From assembly GCA_002269645.1 (NCBI GenBank), contig NIVC01000419.1, forward strand, positions 1 through 64,000: DNA of 64,000 nt. The letters are read 5' to 3'. Below, piece after piece: positions 13,601 to 35,169 of the stretch. Source of the DNA: Macrostomum lignano. Its lineage: Eukaryota. The notes under the pieces are model-generated. The model saw only the letters and a program-made list of their open reading frames with translations, was not told the DNA's origin and did not search any database. The position numbers and the translations under genes are program-made. Numbering within the stretch: the stretch's first letter is position 1; every line of letters starts with the position of its first letter.

Positions 13601-16600
13601 ACGCATTCTCCTCTGCGTTGCGGCCTTTTACCTGCGGGCACAAGGGAGACGGAGAGGCTGACAGAGACGAAGAGACTGACAGGGACGGAGAGACTGACAG
13701 GGACGGAGAGGCTGACAGGGACGGAGAGGCTGACAGAGACGGAAGCTGACAAGGACGGAAGCTGACAGAGACGGAAGCTGACAGAGACGGAAGCTGACAG
13801 AGACGGAAGCTGACAGAGACGGAAGCTGACAGAGACGGAGAGGCTGACAGGGACGGAGAGACTGACAGGGACGGAGAGGCTGACAGAGACGGAAGCTGAC
13901 AGAGACGGAAGCTGACAGAGACGGAAGCTGACAGAGACGAAGAGACTGACAGAGACGGAAGCTGACAGAGACGGAAGCTGACAGAGACGGAAGCTGACAG
14001 AGACGAAGAGACTGACAGAGACGGAAGCTGACAGAGACGGAAGCTGACAGAGACGGAAGAGACTGACAGAGACGGAAGCTGACAGAGACGGAAGCTGACA
14101 GAGACGGAAGCTGACAGAGACGGAAGCTGACAGAGACGGAAGCTGACAGAGACGGAAGCTGACAGGGACGGAGAGGCTGACAGGGACGGAGAGGCTGAGA
14201 GGGACGAAGAGACTGACAGAGACGGAAGCTGACAGAGACGAAGAGACTGACAGAGACGGAAGCTGACAGAGACGGAAGCTGACAGAGACGGAAGCTGACA
14301 GAGACGGAAGCTGACAGAGACGGAGAGGCTGACAGGGACGGAGAGACTGACAGGGACGGAGAGGCTGACAGAGACGGAAGCTGACAGGGACGGAAGCTGA
14401 CAGAGACGGAAGCTGACAGGGACGGAGAGGCTGACAGGGACGGAGAGGCTGAGAGGGACGAAGAGACTGACAGAGACGGAAGCTGACAGAGACGAAGAGA
14501 CTGACAGAGACGGAAGCTGACAGAGACGGAAGCTGACAGAGACGGAAGAGACTGACAGAGACGGAAGCTGACAGAGACGGAAGCTGACAGAGACGGAAGC
14601 TGACAGAGACGGAAGCTGACAGAGACGGAAGCTGACAGAGACGGAAGCTGACAGAGACGGAAGCTGACAGAGACGAAGAGACTGACAGAGACGGAAGCTG
14701 ACAGAGACGGAAGCTGACAGAGACGAAGAGACTGACAGAGACGGAAGCTGACAGAGACGGAAGCTGACAGAGACGGAAGCTGACAGAGACGGAAGCTGAC
14801 AGGGACGGAGAGGCTGACAGGGACGGAGAGGCTGAGAGGGACGAAGAGACTGACAGAGACGGAAGCTGACAGAGACGGAAGAGACTGACAGAGACGGAAG
14901 CTGACAGAGACGGAAGCTGACAGAGACGGAAGCTGACAGAGACGGAAGCTGACAGAGACGAAGAGACTGACAGAGACGAAGAGACTGACAGAGACGAAGA
15001 GACTGACAGAGACGGAAGCTGACAGAGACGGAAGCTGACAGAGACGGAAGCTGACAGAGACGGAAGCTGACAGAGACGGAAGCTGACAGAGACGGAAGCT
15101 GACAGAGACGGAAGCTGACAGAGACGGAGAGGCTGAGAGGGACGAAGAGACTGACAGGGACGGAAGCTGACAGAGACGGAAGCTGACAGAGACGGAAGCT
15201 GACAGAGACGGAAGCTGACAGAGACGAAGAGACTGACAGAGACGGAAGCTGACAGAGACGGAAGCTGACAGAGACGGAGAGGCTGACAGGGACGGAGAGG
15301 CTGACAGGGACGGAGAGGCTGAGAGGGACGAAGAGACTGACAGAGACGGAAGCTGACAGAGACGGAAGCTGACAGAGACGGAAGCTGACAGAGACGGAAG
15401 CTGACAGAGACGGAAGCTGACAGAGACGGAGAGGCTGACAGAGACGGAAGCTGACAGAGACGAAGAGACTGACAGAGACGGAAGCTGACAGAGACGGAAG
15501 CTGACAGAGACGGAAGCTGACAGAGACGGAAGCTGACAGGGACGGAGAGGCTGACAGGGACGGAGAGGCTGAGAGGGACGAAGAGACTGACAGAGACGGA
15601 AGCTGACAGAGACGGAAGAGACTGACAGAGACGGAAGCTGACAGAGACGGAAGCTGACAGAGACGGAAGCTGACAGAGACGGAAGCTGACAGAGACGGAA
15701 GCTGACAGAGACGAAGAGACTGACAGAGACGAAGAGACTGACAGAGACGGAAGCTGACAGAGACGGAAGCTGACAGAGACGGAAGCTGACAGAGACGGAA
15801 GCTGACAGAGACGAAGAGACTGACAGAGACGGAAGCTGACAGAGACGGAAGCTGACAGAGACGAAGAGACTGACAGAGACGGAAGCTGACAGAGACGGAA
15901 GCTGACAGAGACGGAAGCTGACAGAGACGGAAGCTGACAGAGACGGAAGCTGACAGGGACGGAGAGGCTGACAGGGACGGAGAGGCTGAGAGGGACGAAG
16001 AGACTGACAGAGACGGAAGCTGACAGAGACGGAAGAGACTGACAGAGACGGAAGCTGACAGAGACGAAGAGACTGACAGAGACGAAGAGACTGACAGAGA
16101 CGGAAGCTGACAGAGACGGAAGCTGACAGAGACGGAAGCTGACAGAGACGGAGAGGCTGAGAGGGACGAAGAGACTGACAGGGACGGAAGCTGACAGAGA
16201 CGGAAGCTGACAGAGACGGAAGCTGACAGAGACGGAAGCTGACAGAGACGAAGAGACTGACAGAGACGGAAGCTGACAGAGACGGAAGCTGACAGAGACG
16301 GAAGCTGACAGGGACGGAGAGGCTGACAGGGACGGAGAGGCTGAGAGGGACGAAGAGACTGACAGAGACGGAAGCTGACAGAGACGGAAGCTGACAGAGA
16401 CGGAAGCTGACAGAGACGGAAGCTGACAGAGACGGAAGCTGACAGAGACGGAGAGGCTGACAGAGACGGAAGCTGACAGAGACGGAAGCCGACAGAGACC
16501 GAGGCTGGGAGATACAGTAAGGAGAGAGGGTAAGTAATAGAGACATAGAAAGGACAGAGGCAACTGAACAGTGACAGTCTAATAGATTGCATAGACGAAT

Positions 16601-16875
16601 GGCGCCATCCGATATCCAGACCGACAAACCTGCAATGAGCAGCCTTGCACATCGAAGTAGACAGATTCAACTAGCACAGTGAGGGTGGTGCGCTGCTTCT
16701 GCGAACTAACGGTGCCAGCCGCATTCTCTGTGGTCACTTTGCGCAGAGTAGTACTGCGCAGGCGGTCACCAACTCGCACTAGATTGTAGGCGTGCCACAT
16801 GTCCTCAGGGTTCTCGGGCAGCAGGGTCACCTGGCCCGAGCGGTCTTTGTTAATGTCTTTGTGAATTAATCGCAT
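10648..16875 (-). CDS. pelo: Protein pelota (Dom34/eRF1-like ribosome rescue factor), 5 exons, 401 aa
   Basis: Exons 16875-16630, 13631-13112, 12522-12368, 11037-10893, 10787-10648; all GT-AG, phases consistent, 1206 nt. Motifs [56 protein letters not shown]. Confidence 0.96.
11165..12310. repeat. 22-bp minisatellite (TAGACTCCTGAATAGAGAGAAG) in pelota intron 3
   Basis: About 50 near-identical units. Confidence 0.96.
12640..13030. repeat. CAGA-rich low-complexity repeat in pelota intron 2
   Basis: Degenerate (ACAG)n with short duplicated blocks. Confidence 0.85.
13645..16500. repeat. 16/18-bp composite minisatellite (CTGACAGAGACGGAAG and variants) in pelota intron 1
   Basis: Roughly 170 units of four variants with recurring variant order; no stop in any minus-strand frame over most of the array. 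Confidence 0.97.
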
Positions 16876-17080
16876 TGCGCTGTACTGTCTCACAGGAGTT
16901 AAATATAAATTCTTTGTATTGAATACTCTTTCTTAAGATTGCATTTTGAAAGCCTGTTACTTAAAGAGCCAATGTCACCTGATAAAATGCATGCAAATAA
17001 ATGAATATGGAAATTAGAATATTGATAAAAAAATATTTCTTTTCCTCAGGAATCTCAGCATCCTGAGGCTGGAGAATAGG

Positions 17081-17364
17081 GTATAGGGGTATGGTATTCT
17101 ATTTAAGTTTCAAGTTTATGACTGATGCCAGCTGGCATCAGGATGACAGAGATGGAGAGGCTGACAGAGATGGAGAGGCTGATAGAGACGGAAGCTGACA
17201 CTAGTACCATACCCCTATACCTGTCTCTGTCAGCCTCTCCATCTCTGTCAGCCTCTCCAGCTCTGTCAGCCTCTGTCTCTGTCAGCTTCTATCTCTGTCA
17301 TCCTGATGCCAGCTGGCATCAGTCATTAAACTTGAAACTTAAATAGAATACCATACTCCTATAC
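17081..17364. mobile_element. Foldback/MITE-like inverted repeat upstream of pelota containing the intron-1 satellite unit
   Basis: Arms GTATAGGGGTATGGTATTCTATTTAAGTTTCAAGTTTA-TGACTGATGCCAGCTGGCATCAGGATGACAGAGA and its reverse complement; inner parts carry CTGACAGAGATGGAGAGG units in opposite orientations. Confidence 0.8.
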
Positions 17365-19299
17365 CCCATTCATCTATACCCTACCCTTTATACTACTGAG
17401 CCTCTCTGGCCCATAGAATGTTTACAAATTAATCAAAATTAACAATTGATAGAAGTCTTGAAATATTAAGAATTATATCATTTTAAGAATAATGTCTTAT
17501 CTTTTTTACTTTTAAATGATCACATAATATTGTTTTAATATACAAGCTTTCTAAATAAACTTTTAAACATTCCAATTTGGCATTTTATATTTTTTTACAT
17601 TTTAACATATTAATTAGAAATAGAAGGCTATATGTATGTACCCTAATGCACTTTTAAGTAACATTATTACAATTAGCAAAATGCATTATTGCCTATTCTC
17701 CCAATTCCCCTAAATAGGCCTAGGGCCAATTCTATAAAGCTAAGAGTAAAAAGTCAAATGCCATAAGCCAAGAGTCTCCTAGTTCAAGTATATAAATATT
17801 GTTAAAAGCTACAGTACTATGGGGATAAGCATTGCCTTACTAGATAGCCAAATACTTTCTAGCATATATAATGGGATTTGCAATATGGCTTATAGCCATA
17901 TTCTTAAAAATGGCTATTTTGATACAGAATTTTTGATAGATTTTAGCAACTTTTTTTAGTTAAGTCAAAGCCATAGTCTAGATCATGCTAGGTGCATGCC
18001 TTAAACAAAAATTGAATAGTTGCATCTACAAATGCATACCAAAAAAATTTGACTACATACTTATATTCTTAAATCTAGGAATAAATGACCTTTTTGTATT
18101 GCAATAGTAAGTACATTACCTTTTGTGTTGCATAAAGACCCTTTTGGCTAATAATTTGGTTGATTATTTATCTTTCTTGCTTATACTATTTATAGCAGAG
18201 ATTGATATGCACAGAAATTTATTTAAATGTCTTATTACTTATTATAAGTTAAAAAACTAGAAAGTTTAAAATGTATGCTTAAAAATAAACTTTTCTATCT
18301 TCTTTTCAATTTAACACTAACTAAGACTTGTTGCTTGCTTGAATATGAGTTATTTTGGCTTTGATTTTTTCATATGTTTACAGTAGGGATTATTTAAGTT
18401 TTCAAGACATTTTTTATCCCATGTTATTTCACTAATTATTGTTTGAGCAGTCTTTGAGTTTGTTTGTGTCCGTTTCTTAGCAGGTTTTTTTTTACCCCAA
18501 TTAGTACCCCATGGGATATTAGTAAACTGATTTGGGGTAATATTTTGCCCATTAATACCCTAGAATAGGGTACTATTTTTTCAACTTCAATTCAATTCAA
18601 ACAAGTTAAGCTTTTTTTCTAAAATTAGCTGTTCAATTAAAATTCTGACTGGGCTGGTATGGGTCTTTGTACTAAGGTATATCCACTCGTGTGGTGAGTC
18701 AGACTGTCAGGCTAAAAGTGAGAGAGGGTTGGAATTGGAAACTTGGAATTAGATTTTTCAGTCTTGCTCAACCCAACTCTCAGCTCCTTGGACTGGCTTG
18801 GCCTTGGGTGGGCGCATGTCCCACACGGCCCGCAGAGCAAAAGAGACAAAGAGACAGACAGACCAAGAACAAGGATTTATACTTTGTGTGTCAGTGGGCA
18901 GGGGGATGGGTTAGTACTTAGTACGTTTTGGGTATTGTAGAGAGAATTAAATGTATGGAGGACAGATGTGAACAGTTTTTTTTCGATCCTACTCGTATAA
19001 ATGTAACAAAGGGGAATGCTTGATAAGATTGCAATCACAGAGACAAACTTCTAAATTCAATCTTAAACTTTCAACTACAATTTTTATCGATTTACTTTTA
19101 CCAAATTACTAAGCTAGTAAGTAACTAAGTAAGTGAGTTAGTAAGTAACAGTATTACTTATGGATACGTGGCTTATAAGGCCACAAAAGCGCATACACGA
19201 AGATGAGTCAGATGCGGCAGAAACTGCTGCAGCCGGAAAACTACAAGTTGCGCAGTTGACAGGAGAGCAGCGGAATGCACAATTAATGGAAGAGATGCA

Positions 19300-21417
19300 A
19301 GGTCAACAGCAAACTTGACAAAAGTTTTTAACAAAGTGGCTAGCAGATTTCAAATGGGCAAGATTTGATGCAGCTAGTAACACTGTTACCTGCAAATATT
19401 GTGTTGAGCATGCATGTGGCCACTGGAAGTCAACGAATAGTGTTCTAACAGCTTGGAAAGAAGGATGGACAAGAAAGCAGCTGCAACAACACGAAGAAAG
19501 CGATACACATGTAAGAGCTAAAGAGGCGCAGTATCAGCAACCAAAGGAGGTGATTACTAAGAAGATTGTACAGATGACGGACCAGCAAAGCACTGCGCTT
19601 TTGTTGAAATTACATGCTGTACACTTTACAGCAAAGAACCGCATATCTCAGCATAGAACTAAACAGGTGCATCAACTGATTTCAAATGAAGTCAAATTCA
19701 TTTGTGCTCGTACTGGCATAGATGTGGCATTGCCAACTGCTGATCACGCTTCGAATTGGTCGACCCGACAGTTTGCTTTTGCACTTGCAAAGACTGTGCT
19801 TCTAAAGGATCTTGAGCAGCTGCGCAGCGCGGCTTGTTTCACCATCCATATTGATGAAAGCACAGACATTACATCAACCAAGAAGTTGCTCATTTATGTG
19901 CAATACCCGGATATTGAGCAGCGCAAGCTTCTTCATAAATTTTTCAAGCTGATCAAGCTTGGGGCAACAGACGCTGACTCAATATCAAGTGCTGTGGTAA
20001 GCGCTTTTCAGCAGGAAAACGTTGACATTTCTAAATGTGTCATGTGCGTATCGGATGGAGCCAGTGTCATGCTGGGTGCACGTAACGGCGTCGTAGCTTG
20101 GCTGAAGCGAATAGTTCCTCACATCGTTGAATTCCATTGTCTCGCACACCGCCAGGCACTATCAATCAATGATGCATTTGACAGCATAGTTAAGTTTGTC
20201 GAGTTTGAGAGCCGCATTCGTGACCTCATCCATTATCTCCATACTGCAAAGCACACGAAACAGCTGAAAAAGGTTGGAGAAGTCATCGGTGAGACTGTCA
20301 CAAGTATTTCTAGGATTTTCGAGATTTGTTGGCTATCATGAGTAAGTGTTATTTGCTTGCTGGTTCGAAATCTAAAAGCAATTCAGTTGTTCCTAAAGTA
20401 TGCAGCAACCAACGAAGATTCAGCCATTGGTCTTTTTAAGCAAGTGACGTCCACTGAGTTTTTGCTCATGCTGCATCATCTGATGGATGTACTCGTGCCT
20501 CTCGAGGTTCTTTGCAAGCAGTTGCAGGTACGGAATGTTCATCCACTGGATGCATTCTCATGGATTAAGAGCTGCATAGCCACACTTACTGAGATATACC
20601 TATGCGATGGCGTCATCGGAGGAAAAAACTATCAATAGATTGTCTCGGAGTTTGCGAAGGGAGACTTGGAGGAACAGAGCATTCTCATTCAAGATGACGA
20701 CGCACTAAATGCTTTTGGTGCAGTCAGCGCTGTTGTGCAGGAAGATGTTGTTCAGCTTGTCTCAAAGATCTGTCAGAGTCTACGAGACAGATCTGATGCA
20801 AATAACAATGTTATTCGCGCTACTGGAATTTTCAAACCCGAAATCTACCGTGACATGATGCCGAAGGATCTGCCCGCATATGGTGATAAGCAGCTGAGGC
20901 TACTTCTAAGTCATTTTAGCAGCTTGCTAGATATCGATGAGAATGAGGCGGTTGACGAGTTCTTAATGGCGAAGAGGCAAATGCGAATGAAGAGTAGCTG
21001 GTCGGACTCTTTGTACGACATCGCCACAGATCAAGAATTATTTCCCAATTTGTGCAAGCTCGCGAGGTGCTGCTCTCTTTTGACTCTTCAAATGGTGAAG
21101 TTGAGCGCGGCTTCAGTGTGCACAACAACATCAAAACCAAGCTGCATAATCGATGGACTACTTACAAGCTGGATGAGCAGATGCGCATTGTGCTCAATGA
21201 TACGCCTCTTGAGAATTTCGATTACAAGAAGGCTCTCATGATCTGGTCAACGTACAAGGCACATGAGACCCGCCACCAGAAAAGTGTCGATAATTCACCA
21301 CTGCTTAAGCGAGGCCGCTACGCTAAGTTTTCAGTTGCAGGGCACACGAAAACATCTGGCCATTCTTCTGCAGGCGCGGCTGCAGAAGTCACCGTCTTAA
21401 CAGCAGCTGAAAATTAA
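19300..21417 (+). pseudogene. hAT transposase pseudogene
   Basis: N-terminal Zn finger-like region (W..F..W..CKYC...H....H), IDESTD, SDGASVM, HCLAH, dimerisation motif SNGEVERGFS. In-frame stops at 20339-20341 and 20636-20638; frameshift near 21070. Confidence 0.92.
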
Positions 21418-21632
21418 ACAAACTTCAGGCGCCATGGATGATGAGCAACAGCTTGACAAAAGTGACATGGACTTGGATAGTTCTGATGACGAACAGTGTG
21501 GTTGGTGGATTGGCGATGGCGGTGATGAGTGATTTTGCTGATCAAAATGACAATGCCAATGCACTACTCTATTTACTAATTTTTTAATTATTCATCTATG
21601 AAAATGCAATGCGCTGCTTTATTATTTACTCA

Positions 21633-21868
21633 TTAGTACATTAATACCCATGCTTTAAAGGCATGGGTATTACTATTATTGTGCCATAGACATTTGTGTC
21701 CTAATTTGCATTAAAGTAAGTTTGGCATAGACAATTGGGCGTTTAATGTCATTAACAGCCCGCTAATTTGCATTAGTAAGTTTGACTCCTGCAAGCGGGC
21801 TTAAATGTAGTCTATGGCATTAAAAGGCAAGAATAAGTGCCCAGCGGGCACAAAGGTCATGGTACAAT
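21633..21868. mobile_element. Small insertion interrupting a ~50-bp tandem repeat; possible Helentron-associated (HINE-like) element
   Basis: Terminal hairpins TAATACCCATGC..GCATGGGTATTA and TGCCC-AGC-GGGCA; short inverted TTGTGCC/GGCACAA; GTAC at both junctions. Confidence 0.35.
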
Positions 21869-23597
21869 TTTCAATTACGCATCTATGAAAATGCCAATGC
21901 GCTGCTTTATTATTTACTCATTTTTCAATTATGCATCTATGAAAATGCCAATGCGCTGCTTTATTATTTACTCATTTTTCAATTGTGTATCGATGACAAT
22001 GCCAATGCGTTACTTTCTATTTATTCATTTTTCAATAGTCAACTATAGGTAACTTTTCCCTTGTCAATGCAATACTGCAATGCCATCTAATTTACTTGAA
22101 ATTTCGAAATCTAGCTTGTTCAGCCTTCAACGAAAGACACAAGAATGCAGTCAAACATTAGCAGCTGTGTTTTAACTCTGAATATAGTCTTGATTAAGTT
22201 ATTTGACTGCGCCAGAATCAATTTTTCTAAGAATTCAAGTAATCTACAGAGGCAAAATTAGAAATTTCATGGGGTATTACTCCTCCAAAATGGGGTACTA
22301 CTCAGAGGCTTGATACCCCAATTCGGGTACTAATCAACAGCGAAAAAAAAAACACTTTCTTAGTAGAGATTTTTGTGTTGGCTAGCGACGGAAGTCAAGG
22401 GTTATATTTAACTATTTTTGAGCCCAATCGACAGTTCATATTGCATGCATTCGTATTGTTACTCTCTGCTTTTGCGCTATTCATTTTTGGTTACAGAACT
22501 TTACTGTTTTTTTCAAATTATGCTGACAACCGTTTCAATTGCACAATTGCACCTTTTTCAATTAATTGTATGTAAGTCTTGGGAAGGCGATATTTCTCTG
22601 CTTTTTGCTGATTGGCCCTAACCTAGAAGGGGGGAATGTTCTGGAAGTTCATATTTTGTTACACGAGCTCATATTTTCGGGGTTTTTACTAATTTAATTG
22701 TACATGTATTTTTTCTTTATTTAATGTACATGAGCCAACCCCTTCTCTCTCTGCTAACCTCACCCCCACGTTAAATATTAATTAAAAAGGGTATGATTTT
22801 GGTAAGCGTGCTTTTTGCTAAGTGCTTATTTGTATTGTTTGCCTGCATGAGAATGCAGGGGTATTGAAAGGCTACAAACATCCGATTTTTGCCTACTTAA
22901 TTATTTTTCGGTTTTTGAAGAGTTGGTCAATTTAACAACTTAACAACTCTACACATAAAGTGCATGTCTAATGTACATATATATTATCTTTTTAAGAGTA
23001 AATTAATAATGCATACCAGCTATGCATAGGCCTACCTAACTTTTGGCATGCAAGCCCAATGCATGCTCAAATTTTTAAGCAAATTTTACATAACATGATC
23101 TAGAAGGTTCTTATGACTTGCTAAAATTGGCAACAACATGTGTATAAAAGGCAAATTTGAAAAAAAAATTTTACTAATTTTAATAATTAATATTTTTATT
23201 AATTATATAATATAAAATAGACTTATGACTAGGTCTAGTGCTTTGTCTTTGACTTTAACAAAGCTAAGTTGTCTAACCTTAACCTACTCCAATATTAGTT
23301 AGAGTATTCTAGACTACTAGAATACTAAATACTAAATCTAGCCTCTAGGCTAAAGACAAAATAGTAGCCTAGGCCTATTACTATCTAAACCAGGCTGCCA
23401 GGCATATAGCTAGGATTCATGTTAGGGGGGATAGAGACATAAATCCATCTTCAATGGAAGCATTGGAAGCAAAATACAAAAATAGAGAAATGTTTTCCCT
23501 TTTCTAGGGGGGAAATATACCTAGTGCCCCCTCTTAGCAATGCCCCAGCCCCTGGCATAGACATAGGTCAGGAACAAGGGGGGCAATAGGGTCATGG

Positions 23598-23998
23598 TAG
23601 AGGTCGGACGGGATTGAAATCTTCGGGCGGGATCGGGATCGGGAATAATTTTTTTCTCGGGATCGGGATCGGGATCGGGATTTCGGGAATCGGGATCAGG
23701 TCTTTTAGTGTATTGTCCATGTAAAGTTAAACAAAATTGAGAAAAGATTGTCAAGATCAAGAAGTAAAACACAACGAAATTGATATAAAGTTTTATAACC
23801 AACAAAGTAAATAATGTAACGAGTACAAGTTAAAGCAAAATACCTTCAAGTAATCACTAATTCTATAAATTATTTAATCAAAAGACCTGTTCCCGAATCT
23901 TGAGTTTTTTAGGGTCGGGATTCTCGTCCCGCGGGAATTCAATTTTCCTCGGGATCCTGAGATTTCGGGATTGGGATCGGGATCCCGTCCGACCTCTA
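23598..23998. mobile_element. hAT-like MITE
   Basis: Perfect 16-bp TIR TAGAGGTCGGACGGGA; flanking direct repeat GTCATGG; internal (CGGGAT)n subterminal repeats. A solo related terminus lies at 39336-39351. Confidence 0.85.
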
Positions 23999-25447
23999 GT
24001 CATGGCCCTTCACTTTTTAAAATAGGAGGGAAAGACCAGTAATGGTATCTGGCCCCTCCATATTTTAAATATAAAATGTAGACTTATTGCTTATTTTTGG
24101 TTTTTGCTACTTTATATGAATGCATTTTGCTGCAGCCTGCAGGGCAATAAAACATAGTGCCTGCAGCACCAAAATGAGTGCCTACAGTGCTAAAATGAGT
24201 GCCTGTAGTGCCAAAATGAGTGTTGACAAGATGTTAGATGGATTTTGAAGAATTAATTGGTACATTATAAAGTGCATTTTCCATATAAAAAAATCTAACT
24301 CAATGGGTCTATGCACCCCCCCCCCAAATCCATCACTGAACCTGTCCCCCACTTTTTGAAACATTCCTCCACATATGCCATATGGTAGGCCTATGGCCCC
24401 TGGTGTACACTAGGCTTGTGTCATAAATTTTATCCTATTTTTTATTCAAAGAAACACACTGAATAAATATTTGTTTAAATATATTTCAAAGAATAGGCCC
24501 TAAAATATAGGTAGGTTAGAGTTTTGAGTATCGTTACTGTATTGTTTCCCTCTTGTAAATTTAAGATTTAAAATTAAAACTAGTGATAGCTATGCAATGA
24601 TACTATGATAGTAATAGTAATACCTTTCTGTAATCCACTAAAATAAATTTAGTAAATAGTAGGCATAAAAGGCAAGACAAGTCAACAAATTTTGCAAAAT
24701 TTTACATAATACAGTATCAGTATGACGCAATATAGGGCCTTGGCCTAGCGTGCGGGCGGACCGTGACCTCCAATTGATAGTGGTGGAAGTGTTAATTTTG
24801 TAATTAGAACGTTTTAAAATAGTTAATTTTATCATTCTTAAAAATTTATTTAAACACTATTACATCACTGGCAAATCAAGAATACGCAACTCTGACAACG
24901 CTTGAAGAACAACTAGGTTCAATTTGTTATAATGAGCTACAGTCCATCCGATATTACGAATACTCCCGGAGTCATTTATTTTTATTAAATAAATAAAATT
25001 AACATTAGATTTTTTTACTAAAAAATCTAATAAATTAGGTTGGTTTTGGGGGATTTAATGTGTTTATATATTAATAATATTTGTACATTAATTCCAACTC
25101 TAAAATATAAATGTAGCTTCAGTCGCTGTAAAACTCCTGAAGATGAAGAACACAGAATACTGTCGTGTTTCAAAGAAAAAATGGGGACCGTGTACGATGG
25201 GTGAAAAGCCAAAAATACAGTGCAGAGACATCTTTTCATTTTAGGCACTAAATAGCGACATTCCAGATACTAGCGTGCAGAATATCTGTCTCCATCTCTG
25301 CAAATATGCTGTACATATAGTAGTTTAGTAGCAAAATGGTGCATGTACACACATTACTCTTTAATATATAATTTCTACTGAAATTTCTACTGAAAAGCTT
25401 CGATATTTCGTATACCGGTATCTTTGCGTGATACTGCATGCAACTAA

Positions 25448-25709
25448 GGGCCTTTTCATATTGCTTGTTCTGGTTCCAGAACCAGAACCAATTTGTGAAG
25501 TATAACTTTTTTTCTCCATAACTAGAGGGAGATACGTGCTATAAAGTTTTTATTATTGAATGACAATCGCCAAGAAGAAAGTAAAAAATTGTGCTAAGTG
25601 AGGTTGTTAAGGCAGTCAAACATTCAACAGAATTAAATAGTTATACTGCTGTTTTTCTTGGAAGATCCGAACCGATTCTGATTCTGGAATTGGTAATATG
25701 AAAAGCCTC
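25448..25709. mobile_element. PIF/Harbinger-like MITE
   Basis: TIR GGGCCTTTTCATATT versus GAGGCTTTTCATATT (13/15) with TAA on both sides. Confidence 0.75.
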
Positions 25710-26031
25710 TAAATATGTCGAACGGGCAATTAAACTTACAAAAATTAAAATTGTGCATCCACATACATAACATACATGTATCTCGTCTAGCTACATGTTA
25801 TGAATACGAGCTAAATATACGAGCGTATGCATGTACATGTAAATAGGACTGTATAGATAAATACGCTCTTTTACATTTCCAATTCCATCCCTATCATAAA
25901 TTTTTGGAAATTTTTTCTATGGCAAAAACCAATTGGGCAGCTACACTACGAAAAAGATGAAAGTCAAATTAAAGAAATTGAACTGCAGCAGCAATATCAG
26001 ACTAGATGTCCATTAGCGGAAAGTCGATGAA

Positions 26032-34868
<8,837 letters not shown>

Positions 34869-35169
34869 GTGAGTATGATGCTGCTGCTCAGAATGTGTCA
34901 GCCTGGCTTTTTTAATTGATTTCGATGAATCCGAAAAAAGTTAAAAAGTGTTTTTTTATTGTTGAGTTGATCCACGGAGCATTTTAGTTGATTCCAGACG
35001 TAGTTTCTTTGGATCAATGACTAGTTGATTAGTCCATTGTCCATTGTCCTGTTATTTTTTTAGAAGTCGAGCTTGAAGTTTTTCTATATATAATTGCTTT
35101 TATAAGTCAAGTTGATAAAAAGCCATTCAGTTGAATGGCTTCATTAAAAATCATTCAAGCAAAGAAATC

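Larger units (their letters stand above)
18481..22355 (+). mobile_element. hAT DNA transposon (ZNF862-like transposase), decayed
   Basis: 8-bp direct repeat TTTCTTAG at 18473-18480 and 22356-22363; imperfect T/A-rich termini; repeated subterminal GTACCCC/GGGGTA motifs at both ends. Confidence 0.88.

Noticed and set aside
13104-16670. Three ~1000-aa minus-strand ORFs
   Set aside because: They are translations of a stop-free minisatellite in pelota intron 1; only the exon-2 portion is real protein.
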